From contig JAYWIR010000012.1 of NCBI GenBank assembly GCA_036172245.1, forward strand, positions 558,001 to 622,000: a stretch of DNA of 64,000 nt, given 5' to 3'. Made by a program: the position numbers and the translations under genes. Shown one piece after another: positions 12,201 through 23,150 of this stretch (positions are counted from its first letter, which is position 1; every line of letters begins with the position of its first letter). The notes beneath the pieces were generated by a model, which was given only the letters and a program-made list of their open reading frames with translations, did no database searches and was not told where the DNA came from. This stretch comes from Raillietiella orientalis (taxonomy: Eukaryota).

Positions 12201-15200
12201 GGAAGGAAAGGACTGTGGAATTGGCGATGGCGATGATGATGACAATGATGGTGAGAATATGGACAGGAATCAGGAAGAGGAAGATCGAGGAAGGAGACGA
12301 AGGAGAATATGAAGATGAAGGAAGGCGACAGATATAAAGATGGAGCTGAAAATGAAAGGAGACGGAGATGGGAATGAAGATGCAGATGAAGGGGGAAAAA
12401 GAAAAGATGAGAATGAAAGAGACGAGAATGAAGATGAAGGAGGAGACGAAAATGAAAGCGGCGACAGCAACGGCGATGAAGAGGAGGAGGAGAAAGTGAA
12501 AAGGGTCAAGAAGGTGAAGATGAAGATGAAAAAGACGGAGGGGATAAAGGAATACGACGGAGATAAAGATGGAGCTCAAGATGTAAGAAGGAGATGGAGA
12601 TTAGAATAAAGATGCAGATGAAGGAGGCGGAGGTGAAGGAGACGAAGATGTGGATGGAGGAGATGGAGGGGAAGATGGAGCTGAAGATGAAAGAGGGAAA
12701 CAGAGGTTGAAGATGCAGATGAAGGAGACAAAAGAGAAGATGAAGACGAAGGGAGGAGACGGAAATGAAAGTGGCGACTACGACGGCGGTTTTGATGATG
12801 AGGAGTAGGAGGAGGAGAAGCGGAAGGGGTGAAGAAGGTGAAGATGGAGGTGAAGACAGTCAGGGAAAGGGTCGGAACAGAGACAAGTGGGGTCATGGAA
12901 GTCCGCCTGTGCCTGGAGTTTCAAGTGCGGGGAAAAGGTGGAGCTGGTCAGCTGCCCGGACCTCCCGGAGTGGCATCAGGAGTGGGGACACCACCTCTGG
13001 TTGCCTTCAGGGTGTGTGGGTCGTTCCTCGGCGACCAGAAAGAGTAGGGACGGGGAAGCGAATTCTTGAGGGAAGATCGACCGCGATGGAATCCGCTGCT
13101 GCCGCCCACGCCCTTGCGAACGTTCCTCCCTGCCTCCTTTGGGCTCCCGCTCTGCCTGTCTAGTATGGGTGGTTGGGTCAGGAAGACCTCGGGGAGAGAG
13201 GAAGAAGCAGCAGCAGCCGCTAACACGGCGTCCGCACTCCAGGGAAAGGGAAGTCGCCGCGGGGCATGGAGGGAGCGGGTGAGAGAGGCAGGAGGGCCGG
13301 GGCTCTCCCCTGCTCTTGCCCCTTCCTTCGCGCGTTTTGAGACTGCCGGCGGCAGCGTCCTTGGTGTCCCCTTGGAAGGAGCGGTTCTTCCTGTAGACTC
13401 TCCTTCCCCAGGAGGAAAGGTCGAGCCAGAGGCGCCGCGATGGCATCTCGGGTCACAGGGGGGGAGGTAGGGAGGGAGACGGGGGCAGATGGGATACTCA
13501 CGAGACGGCAATGTCGTACGCGTCCGGAGGGGAGTCATCGCGGAGGGTGGAGCACAAGTGGCTGTCCAGGTCGATCGTGACGTTGGTGCCTTCCAGCGCC
13601 GTCCGCATGGAGCGCTGGAAAAAGGGGGAGATGAGGCTGGCTCAGAGCGCTTCCTCGAGGGCAGGAAGGGAGACCGACCGCGCATCCTAGCCCTTGTTGG
13701 GAGCTCTCACCTGGAGGTCATCGGCACTGCAGGAGGATGGTTGGCAGACGGCGCGGCGCGGGGTCACGAGGCTCAGCGAGGACTCCGGAAGTATCGAGGC
13801 GAAGGTCGAGCCCTTTTGGGAGAGCTCCGAGCTGGAAAGAGGAGAAGCAGATGTTGCAAAGGGAAGTCAAAGTGTCGAAGGGGGAGCACCCCACCAACCC
13901 TCCAGAACACCCCGCGCGTGAAAGACGGTGGAGCGTCTCCTGAGGCTCGAGTGAGGATAGGTGTCTTCGGAAATGAGACCGGGGATTTGGGGTGCTCCAC
14001 CCTCGGGGTGGAACGGATGCCGGAAGGCCTAGGGGACGCAGTGGGGTGGAGGTGCGAGAGGAGGAGGAAGTGAGGAGGAAGAATGGAGAAGAGGAGGAAA
14101 GGAGGAGGAGCAGCAAGGGAGGAAGAGGAGGAAGGATGGAAGAGGAGGAGGAAGGGAACGAGAGGATGGCACTTGCTGCTTGGGGGAATTCGGGGGATTG
14201 CCCTTGAGACCTTCCGTAAAAGGGAAAGGCATAGCGGGGCCACTATTGTCCCCAGCCTCCTTCAGGACCTCTCCGTTCCTCCCTCGTGTGGTCCCTCTGT
14301 GTGGGGTAGTCGGAAGGGCAGGGAGGACGCCCCAGGCGCCCCTCTGCAAGGGAGAAGAGACTGGCTGCGGAATCCTGTCACCCCGAAGCAACGCTTCCCG
14401 AAGGGATCTCCACGCCTTACAGAGCGACTGCTGCAGCGAGGGAGAGGATCGCTGGATTCTGTCCATCCAGCCCACCGTGAGGTCTCCCCCTCCCACTCGA
14501 GGTGGTTCAGCGCCCTCCTCCTGAGAGAAAGCGAGCACGGACGCGTCCCTGCCCGAGCATGCTTGTAGGGCAGGCGCGGACGCGACTTTTGCTTTCCGGC
14601 ACTTTCACTTTCCGTAACCTTTGCTCCAGCGAAGGTCCCGAGGTGAGCGCCGAGTCGCAACAAGGAGGCCCATGAGATCCCACGCCCCATCTCGGAAGCT
14701 CCGGGACTGCGCGCCGGTTGCCCAGATGACGAACTCACGATGGAACGAGCAAAATGCAGGAACCTCCTTCCTAACCCGTTCAGGCTGACGCCCGCGAAGC
14801 AGTACTGGCCCCGGATTCTTCCTCCACGAACGCTCTTTCCGTCCACCATCAAGCACTCGTGGTAACTGCCCCAGGAAGCGAGATTCCCTCTCAGGAGTCC
14901 ATCTTGGATTTTCCCTGTTGCATCCATCACTGCAAGAGAGGACGGAAAGCCACGTTAGGGGCGCTGCGCGCCCACACGTCAAGAGACTCCTGTTTGCTCC
15001 TGGAGAGCGAAGCAGGCGGGAGAGCTGGGAGCTCCGCCCGCCCGCGGTCCTCGAGGCGCGGACCACCAGACCGAGGGTCGCGGCATGCCAAGACGCAAAG
15101 CTCAGCTTGCAAATCGGTCCGCGGCGTGTCGCTCTTGGAGGTGCCGACCGAAGGCCCAAACGCCCGAATCGCGAAAGATCATGAAATATAAACACATTTG

Positions 15201-18200
15201 GTTTTGTAATATATATTCATACATATATTCACATATAGATTAATATATATATCAAATGAATATATTAATATAAAATGGGAAACATATATATATACATATA
15301 TATATTGTAATCTTATATTCGTATAATGATACTCTGATACGTGTTATTAATTATACTAACGCTATGCATGCCAATAAATCGACATAAATAAATAAATATG
15401 TATGCTCAAATGAATCGGCAATGAATCTCCATAATCTTTATAATATACATCAATATATATGTGCATATTTCTCAGCATACATAATATGAATATAATTAAT
15501 AATGTGATTATTATACACAACACATTATTAATTATATTCATATTATGTATGCTGAGAAATATTAATAGATTGAATGTTAAAATAAATTTTCACATTATTC
15601 CATACTTAATGTACGTTTTCACATTAATATATATAACAAACATATGTACGTATGTTTCACAATCGTTATAATATACATCAATCTACATATAAGTATCTAT
15701 ATTAGTATGTATAATTAACACATCATTAATTATATTCATGCTATGTATATTGATGAATATCAGTAAACATATATTTAAAACAATATTACTATTAATAATG
15801 CTTATATTAGTTAATATTAATAAATTTTTCTGTAAAAGTTTCTGCACTATTCTGTATATAAATATGCATATTAATGTATATCATAAGCACATATATTCAT
15901 TTTCACCATGTTCCATACATATACAAATAATATACTCATTGCTAATTATAATATTATGTGAATAAGTATTAAAAAATATGAATGTTTAAATAAATTTGCA
16001 TATTAACCTATATATAAAAACATATTGGTATACATAGCAACCACATATATGCATTTTTTATAGCCTTTTTAATAAATATCAATCCATGTAGTAGTACACC
16101 TATCTATCTATACATTAAGATGTATATTAGGCGTAATAATATGTATTTTTATAATCTTTAATAATCCAAATGTTAATCTAAACATAAATGCAAATATTTG
16201 TATAATAAACATATTATTAGATGCATTAATAATGTTTATGTTAATAAATATGCACATGAGAATAAATGTGCACATAAATCTATATATGAATAGGAATACA
16301 CATAAGAAGCAAGCAAATCTATTTTTTGATGATCTCTATGATATGTACTAATTTGAATAACAAGCACATTATTAATGATGTTAGTAATGTTTACACTAAT
16401 GATCATTAATAAAATATGCATGTAAGTCTGTACATTGATGTGTACATGGATATATGCGTACATGCACATAATAAACATGCCTGTTTCTTTTTGCAATCTG
16501 TGATAAACAGCAAATACACGTATTTACTGCATATTAATGACATACAGTAAGCCCTGTATTTGGATATTTCGAGATGGTCCGCGTTGGGCCGGTGGTCAGC
16601 GGTTGGTGTTCCGGCGAAGGGCCGCGTGGCTGCCGCCTTTCCATGAAATACGTCTCGCACGGCCCACTCGCACCCCGGGTGGGCCAGCCCCGGGTGGAGT
16701 GAACACCGCCCCAGCCCGCAACCGCCTTGGTCCCGATGGGAGGGGCGCCCATGGCTACGCTTTTCGTCTTGCCATTCAGCCCGCACAAGAAACGAGAGTT
16801 CGTCCCGACGCGCCTGCTTCCGCGAGATGCCCGTGAAGGGATTCGTGCTGCCTTAAGGGTTCCTTCCAGGCGGCTGACGTCACCGTGCGCACGACCAGGG
16901 CAAGACCGCCTAGGGCAGACGAGGCGATCCGACTGCCGGACGCTGGCAACTTCTGCACACCAGCCGGCGACTGGGGGGTTGGTCCCTTGTCGAGATGGCT
17001 CACCCGGGAGTTTCCACGGAAACGAACGAGTGGGTGCCGCTCTTCGAACGGGAGCGCGGACGTCAGACCTGGCCGACGCCGCGTGGACGGATGCGACCTC
17101 TCTAAAGACGAATTCTGCTGAAAGGAGGAATCTGCTCTTCACCCAGATGCCGAAGAGAGGAAAGGAAAAGTAAAATAAAATCCAATGCTCTTTCGAATCG
17201 ACCACGATCCACCTGGAGGTCACAAAAAGAGAAGCAGTCGGCGTTCCCGGCTGCTTTCCGTCTGTGGTCCATCCAAGTCGGGAACGCCCAAATCCCCAAA
17301 GATGGTGAGAAATAATATGTTTCCAATATACGTTGATATACAGATTAATGCATATTATGATATTAATATCTATATTAATATATAATAAGCATACAAATAT
17401 TTATATGTACATTTGTATGTATTTGTATTTAGATCAATATACAAGTCTATGGAGACATATACATTTATTGATATTTAGGAACATACACATCATTAATATA
17501 ATAAACCATATTAATACATTGTTGATATGCTATGAATTATGTATGCTATGAATGTCATAAAAAATAATTATGTATGCTTGTTTTACATACATATATATAT
17601 AATATGCATATATATATCTATATTTGTGTAGATTTGTCTTTACAGCAACATTTATTGCAACATACATATTTATTAATATTCATACAGTACATATTTATTA
17701 ATGTTCAATAAAATACATATTATTAGTATAATTAATAACATATATCAATATATTATTAATATGCACACCAAATATAATAAAAATAGGGGTCTTTGTTTAT
17801 TATATGCATTAATATATGTATTCATTCATTGATTATGCATACGAAAAATATGAAAGATTATATGCACTAATATACAGATTCATGTAGAAATTTTATTTGA
17901 ACACACGTATTTATTAATATTTATTTATAAATGGATCAATATATATTATAAAATTACAAAAATAATGCACTATAAAAAAGGAATTATAAAAATGGAATGA
18001 CTATATATTCTTAAGTACATGAATATAAATATTTATGCGTACGTTAATATACATATTTTTGATATATCTATTTATTAATATTAATATTGTTTGGGCACAT
18101 ATATTTATTGATCTCTGGAAACATACATATTATAAATGTTATTAACAATATGCATTAATGCATTATGAATGTATATTAAATATTGTTTAAAATGAATATA

Positions 18201-19870
18201 TGCGTTTATTATGTATATATTTCTTCATTTTTGTTATTTACCAACATCTTTTTCTATTTTTTAATTCCATATTTACATATTCATTTAATGTATATTTAGC
18301 ATATGCATAAATACATTTATTAAACATATGCATGTTTTAGTCTTTCATGTATTTTTACATTATATATAAATGCACTTCATTAATTTTATCCACAACATGT
18401 ATGTCAATGGATGGCGATAAATACGTATGTGAAAATGATATCAACATTAAGAATATAACTGTGAATAAATAATAATCTATGAGATATAGTAATCTATATG
18501 CATGTATTTATATACGTATAAAGGCTAGAAGTATTTATATATATATATAATACATGTTTATACTAAATATTAATCTACATATAAATACATGCATTAACAT
18601 ACATGATAAACGCATGTCTGTATTTTTTTATGAACTCTCGGCATTTTGATCGTTGGGGATTTTGGTCGGCGCCGGCAGCGGACACACCCCTCAGTGGAAG
18701 ACCCCGCAAGTGTAGCATGCAGCAGCGTCCGAGGTCACTGCGCCCCAACTCTGCCGATCTGTGACCTCGCATCCCGGAGGAACCTCGGACGGTGGTGCGC
18801 GCGTGCGGCGGCCCGGGAAGGGAGGGTGGACCACTCCGGCGTTGCCTCGGCAACGCGCGGATCGGTGATCCCGGATTGGCCTCGCCGCCACGAGTCGGAC
18901 TGGGGAGGAAAAGGCCCCAGTCGGACGAGGCGGGGCGGGTTTCCCTCCCTCCTCCCGGAGGGAATTTCCGTCTTCCACCAGGTGGTGCGGACGCTGGCTG
19001 CGCTCGCAGGAAGTCGGCGCACTCACGTGGATCTTCCGACACGCCCGATTTCCAAGTCGAGGTTTCCATCGGGAGTCGCGGGCAACGCGGCGGACAGCCC
19101 CAAAGCGTGAAGAAGCGTCAATCGACTCAGCTCCATCGAGATCCTGTTTCTTGCTCCTCGTGGAAAGCAAGCAACAAGCAATTTCCGGTTCCTCAATCCC
19201 TCTACGATTGCTATCCCTCATTATCCCTCTGGGACTTTATCCATCTTTGTTTAAGTGCTGACGCTTGTGAGATGCTCCCACGTTCCATTTCGAGCACCCC
19301 GAAACAAACCGCGGGCAGTTGCTGTGAATTCAAATGAAAAAAAAAAAAAAAGGAAAAGCTTCCGCAGATTTTCCCAACCAAAAACGGTGAGAGACGTAAA
19401 ATACGGTGCTACCACGTGGCACAGCGAAATATAAAAAGAAAATTCTTACTTTGAAGGGCCCATCTCTCTTTCCGTTTTAGATTGACAACGTACTCTATCG
19501 TATCATTGTAGCAGGAAGGATTTTCTTGCTTGGTTAGAATTCCTGGAACCAGCAGCCTCAGTATTTTGCACGGCAAGCTTGTGCCAAGCGAGCATATCAA
19601 TCGTATGATCCGCTCTACCTCCTCTTCGGGTGAAAGTTCCACCCGAAGAATAGCGCCACCAAGGGAGTCCTCGGAGGGGTAGTCGTGAGCCTCGGACAGG
19701 GTGCCGTTGAAAAGTGGACCGGTACCATCCGAGAGGAAGCTGATCAGCTCGCGCTCTGCCGCGCTGGCTCCAAACCATTCCTGGAGGCTCCCGGACACTT
19801 TATCGCTTGCCAGGAAGAACATGACGTAAAAGATGATTCCCGAAGAACTCGCGTTGGTCCGAAACCTCAT
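175..19870 (-). CDS. nrf-6: NRF-6-like (nose resistant to fluoxetine 6 / O-acyltransferase-like) multi-exon gene, NRF + acyltransferase-3 domains; 3' part lies beyond window start
   Basis: Spliced exons give family motifs in order: C..D.......L.....WALQMMDATGK...GN...GSYHECL, GQYC, CQPSSCS, CISGIR-FMSLAWIVLG, MDTLLF, RYLRLTP, GSGPLW, C...WW..LLYVQNF, CMPQSWYLATEMQFF. Boundaries are GT-AG and phases match at all junctions except exon 2/3. Symbol indicates family, not proven orthology. Confidence 0.92.
580..795 (+). pseudogene. Decayed non-LTR (RTE-like) reverse transcriptase fragment in intron 8
   Basis: VRQGFRPSRG...AFDRSFLSRLL...KRMRRIRKL resembles Q.GFR..R / KAFD.V / K.IR.I. Confidence 0.4.
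870..1460 (-). mobile_element. tRNA-derived SINE family copy 1
   Basis: B box GGTTCGAATCC (1393-1403, minus strand); body shares blocks with copies at 9.5-10.2, 21.3-21.7, 24.3-24.7, 25.7-26.1 and 56.9-57.6 kb. Confidence 0.7.
1800..2210 (+). mobile_element. SINE family copy 2 (3' part only, inverted relative to copy 1)
   Basis: CAGAAGCGCGCTGCTC...GAGGAAACGAGGAGCG and ACGGTTCTT.AGCA match the reverse complement of 9480-9810. Confidence 0.65.
2602..2782 (-). CDS. NRF-6-like exon 8 (RLTPLLAA...GSGPLW...CRKSWWILLLYVQNF...)
   Basis: Follows a 49-nt intron (2783-2831); completes RYLRLTP; donor AAG|GTAAAA. Confidence 0.9.
2832..3031 (-). CDS. NRF-6-like exon 7 (LTQRYEMQFLMNFYLGMDTLLF...FLCRYL)
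   Basis: Acceptor CCTCTTCCAG, donor AG|GTTTGT; phase consistent. Confidence 0.87.
4500..5150 (+). pseudogene. Decayed R4/Dong-like non-LTR RT fragment
   Basis: FQSDEL, AHMLYMDE (cf. HLLYMDD), YTY and D.RRTR.......GGHR..DS..R motifs, split across frames. Confidence 0.4.
5800..6700 (+). pseudogene. Decayed RTE-like non-LTR RT fragment
   Basis: LRESHGSLP (cf. Q.GF), FDFQRPL (cf. DF.KAFD), LTEPF...LR.Q (cf. F....GVRQG) and ILGDLSFPE (cf. DL.FADD) occur in the expected order. Confidence 0.35.
7000..8360. repeat. AT-rich bipartite element A (AT arm 7040-7560, GC core 7560-7975, AT arm 7975-8335)
   Basis: Sharp composition boundaries; outer ends resemble the reverse complements of the ends of element B. 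Confidence 0.55.
8990..9190. repeat. Polypyrimidine (CCT/CTT-rich) low-complexity tract
   Basis: About 200 nt almost entirely C/T on the + strand. Confidence 0.9.
9305..9392 (-). CDS. NRF-6-like exon 6 (FMSLAWIVLGQTLTSALGPYFVNLQDALK)
   Basis: Acceptor CTCTTTGTCTTTCAG, donor AAG|GTAGGT; completes the R of GIR; matches the acyltransferase-3 TM1 pattern S..WV.LG. Confidence 0.87.
9480..10180 (-). mobile_element. tRNA-derived SINE family copy 3 (most complete, about 0.7 kb)
   Basis: B box at 10101-10111; block CCAACCAGCGTCATCTTGCG shared with other copies. Confidence 0.75.
11069..11290 (-). CDS. NRF-6-like exon 5 (TM helix VVFCLLVAIVLVSTLLD ... AFSLRSSYRRLF ... CISGIR)
   Basis: Acceptor TTCCAG|A, donor AG|GTAGGG; family motifs AFS....L and C..GIR. 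Confidence 0.88.
11690..11870 (+). pseudogene. Antisense NRF-domain fragment inside intron 4 of the NRF-6-like gene
   Basis: CSDLWRASWQDLMERGLWPLATSDSSGGSQLRFRRTRL aligns without gaps to host CYNDTIEYVVNLKRKERWALQMMDATGKIQDGLLRGNL (C, L, W, L, D, G, Q, R, L at identical offsets). Confidence 0.55.
12090..12890. repeat. Purine-rich GAA/GAG/GAT low-complexity tract with an internal degenerate duplication
   Basis: AGATGGAGCTGAA.ATGAAAG...GAAGATGCAGATGAAGG occurs near 12338 and again near 12673. Confidence 0.85.
13502..13614 (-). CDS. NRF-6-like exon 4 (RSMRTALEGTNVTIDLDSHLCSTLRDDSPPDAYDIAV)
   Basis: Acceptor CCCCCTTTTTCCAG, donor TC|GTGAGT; phase 0 in and phase 2 out match both neighbours. Confidence 0.85.
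13711..13831 (-). CDS. NRF-6-like exon 3 (...VTPRRAVCQPSSCSADDLQ)
   Basis: Acceptor CTTCTCCTCTTTCCAG, donor CAG|GTGAGA; carries the NRF-domain CxPSSCS motif. Confidence 0.82.
14050..14165. repeat. GGA/GAG purine tract
   Basis: Degenerate (GGA)n run. Confidence 0.85.
14739..14929 (-). CDS. NRF-6-like exon 2 (NRF domain: MDATGKIQDGLLRGNLASWGSYHECL...GQYCF)
   Basis: Acceptor CTCTCTTGCAG|TG. Donor uncertain: strong ATC|GTGAGT at 14739 (phase 0) or GG|GTTAGG at 14776 (phase 2, which matches exon 3). Confidence 0.85.
15150..18660. repeat. AT-rich bipartite element B (AT arm 15180-16560, GC core 16560-17310, AT arm 17310-18635) in intron 1
   Basis: Same architecture and similar end motifs as 7000-8360; arms are built from degenerate TATTAATA/ATACATAT words. 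Confidence 0.55.
19450..19870 (-). CDS. NRF-6-like exon 1 (hydrophobic signal-like N-terminus to ...SCYNDTIEYVVNLKRKERWALQ)
   Basis: ATG at 19870; ends CAA A|GTAAGA (phase 1); joins TG of exon 2 to give WALQMMDATGK. Confidence 0.85.
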
Positions 19871-20799
19871 TTTCTCAAATCCTGCACACTGCCGCTGGTC
19901 CTTTTGGTTCCCGTTGGACGCTTGTCACCACCCACCCGTATCGCAGTCCTCATGGAAAGTGGCTCAAAACCGAGCTTATCGCATTCTTTTATCGTCTCTT
20001 ATCAGTTGGAGGAGTTTGGTTCGCAGCTTCCAATGAGCTCCTCAGACAACCAACCCTCTCCACTTCATCTGTAAGTGCACCTCTGCCCCATTTCCATGTG
20101 CTGGGATCAGATAAAATTCAACCTCCCTGAATTGCTGAAAATTTGTCCACCGACGCTGCGTGTGGTGCAGCCCGTGGAAGGCCTGCGAATGGACTCTTCC
20201 TCAGTGTGTGCTTCCCTCGGGATCAAAAGCGCGATGGGCTGAACTGAAGCGCAGACGGACATCTACACGCTATGGTGTCCACACATGGGTGCCTCTGTCT
20301 TCAAATGTACACATGCACTGTGGGGTGCATTCGGATCACTTCCAAGCGCGAGAAATATTCCGGTTGGCTTCAAAAACCCGAACAGTGAAAGCTACCATCT
20401 TGAAAAATAAATGGATGTGTTTATTGTGTGTGTTATATTGATATACGACGCGCGCATCTCAAAAGTAAGGGCCGATATAAAGAACAAATGAGAGAAACAA
20501 AAGTGATGTATTGGTGGTTCCAAACACGTGCACTTTCACGTCATTCTTCTACGTAGTCACCATTTTCTTCCAAACACTTTTGATACCGTGGAAGAAGCTT
20601 TTTGTAAGCCTCTGCATGAAATTCCGCCGCCTGGGAGTTCAGCCAGTTCAGCAGCATTGCAACTCCTCCCTTTCCCCTTTTCCCTTCTTGAGGTGCAGGA
20701 AGGAAGACGTAGTAGTCACTGGGCGCGAGGTCAGGGCTCTAAGGTGGGTGATGGGAAAAGTTCCCGTTTGAACTTACGAATTGTCTGGAATGTGTGGAC

Positions 20800-23150
20800 A
20801 GCAATGTGTGCTTACACCCTTTTGGTGGACTCAATGGAGCCCGGAACAACCATCAATACGCTGTGAACTCCATTGAGACCAAGAATTGATCCCAATGGAA
20901 CTGCAAAGAGCATTTCGTCCGAGTGCATCAAAGTACTCACCTCAGCGAACCGTCCTTCTTGTGCTGGATGCCTTGCTGAGAGCACACGGGGCATCTTTGA
21001 ATTCCCTCAAAAAGCTTAACGGATCCTGATTTCCAAATGCCTGCCACTGATCCTTTCTCTTCCTCCAATGTGAGCGCGTGGCCACTCTTGCTAGCTCTTA
21101 CAGTCTCACATACGATTCTTTCACGAGACCGGGCCAAAAGATTGAAGACCAGGTGCATCAGCTTGCAGGAAGGCTGCCATAAAGCGAGCACAGAAAATCT
21201 CTTTGGCATAGATTCGCAACACTTCTTTGGTTTAAAGTTTTGTTGGTTTTCTTAGGCATATCTTGTATACCTATGGAATAGGCCTGCTTTGTCACTCTTA
21301 CACGTTGCTCAGATGCTGAGTCTGACAGCATGGGATCTCCAGAGAGAACCGCTTTTTATACTCTAGAGAGGCAACCCCTGAGGGGAGTATCAATCATCTA
21401 CACTCTGGTTCGTACCCCTCCATGTTGTTAATACCAAACGGAACGCCATGGAGTGTCCTCGGGGGAAACTGGACCCTTGATTCTTGGACGGACCTCGGAG
21501 AGTCAACTTCCGCTCTCGAACAGCCATCGTGGGCATCTAGCTTAGGCCAGTGTGGCACCCGAAACCTGCAGGCCGACCAGCGTCATCCTGCGTTGGGACT
21601 CAAACCCATGACGCACACATTTCTCGGCGTCGACTCTTTCCCGGGTGGGATTTGAACCCGCGACGTTCTGTGCCACTCTGGAGACCGCAGCCAGCGTCCG
21701 CCAAAGAGAGAAAACCTCTTTCGAATGGCTGCTTCGCAGATGCCTTTCGTTCCCTCAGTTTTCTTTGATTTCCCTTCAGTGTCTGTCTGAAGGACCTCTT
21801 GCAAAAGAAAAAGCAATATCCATACTAAAAGAGCTGGTTGAACACACCTGCCCAGAAGCAGGTCAGTGCGGGGACTCAGGTCAGCAGCATATACAAATGA
21901 TACTCATCGGCCACTATTACCCTCTTACATCGTAGGACACCATCGTAGGGTTCTTCAAAGAAATAACTTTAGGACGTGGTTGCTAAGGAGACTTCCAGTC
22001 GCAAATTGTAGGCGAAAATGAAAATTTTGTTTTCCCTCCAACATTAGAAGGCTGAGTTGGTTCCAAGGAGACAGCGCGAAATCCGAGTACTCTGTTCTCT
22101 GTGGCAGCTGTCTTTCTTCAGGAATGCAGGACGAAGAGAAAGCAGGAGACGATCGACACCCGAGAAATTCCCGAAGGTTTATCTCGCGGGAACCAAGCCA
22201 TCACTTGGAGCCAGTGCTGCTGGACGGAGAACGAAGTGGAGGGATGACTATCTTGCATGATCAACGCATGATCTCTCCGGAAAGTGAGGCTGCAGATCAA
22301 GCATGCTCTGCATTGATTCCCGTCTGAAAGCATGCGGCTTGCGAGCAGGATTTTCCCAGTTTCGAACTGCTTGCCCGGAACTTGCACGGCATCATGGATG
22401 AAGCTTTCCCGCGTGGTCTTTCCTGACGTTTCCCAAGGAACGAAATGGTACTGGGGCAAGTCCCATATCTATTCAAGGGTGCACCTCCGAACTCCACGAA
22501 CCTTTTTCACGCGATGCTGGTACTGTCAGCAAGATAGAAAAAACAAATCAAAAATCATTGTCTGAGAATTGGAAGTGACCATTTCTCTGAATGATGTTTA
22601 ATGTTTTTTGTGCATGCGACTGATGACAACGTGGAATGACATGCGTAAAGGTCAATGCTTTGTATAGTGTTCTTCTCTGGATAGCGACTTACGGCACAGA
22701 ATAAAAAGCGAGGTGCACTTGCAAGTACACTTTCATTCGAGTCTTTCGGTGACTTTGACACACTGTCCTTCCGCCTTCTCTTTGTACTCCATGCGGTGCT
22801 TCTGGTCGGCGTGAGTGAATCGGAAAACTCGACTCGGTCTCCCAGATCCTGTAAGTGAGACGGCACTGTGCATGCAAGTTCGCTCGCAACAGCCCCTTTC
22901 TGGGAACCTCAAGACGTAATGGAGTGTTGCAGTGTGTCAGTTGGCAACGGTCGGAAGGAGCGTAGAGATGAGTGCATGCTGCCCGCAACAGTCGAGACAC
23001 GCAAAATTGGTGAACGCCATCGTTTCCTTTCGGTTGCCATCGTTTTCGAAAATTCTGATTCGAAACTGAGGTCGTACCCGCGGGCAACGCTGATTCGAGC
23101 GTAGTACGATCAGAAAAATCTCTCATCAAGTTTAACGCTTCCTCTGCTTA
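20800..23150 (-). pseudogene. Heavily decayed R4/Dong-like non-LTR element, interrupted by a SINE
   Basis: WQPKGNDGVHQF (cf. WKAPG.DGIH.F), an R.F.G...SP segment near 22.2 kb and AVPLGSILG (cf. VPIVIG.LG) near 20.9 kb. Confidence 0.3.
21330..21705 (-). mobile_element. tRNA-derived SINE family copy 4
   Basis: B box GGTTCAAATCC (21648-21658); ACCAGCGTCATCCTGCG block. Confidence 0.7.

Noticed and set aside
12270..12896. Acidic D/E-rich and S/F-rich ORFs
   Set aside because: Translation artefacts of a GAA/GAT low-complexity tract inside an intron; no domain or splice support.
16727..16800. VPMGGAPMATLF, similar to a Penelope RT motif
   Set aside because: No downstream Y.DD or other supporting motif found.
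15459..17551. Hydrophobic I/Y/N-rich short ORFs resembling membrane or mitochondrial proteins
   Set aside because: By-product of AT-rich repeat arms; no recognisable mitochondrial gene or tRNA.
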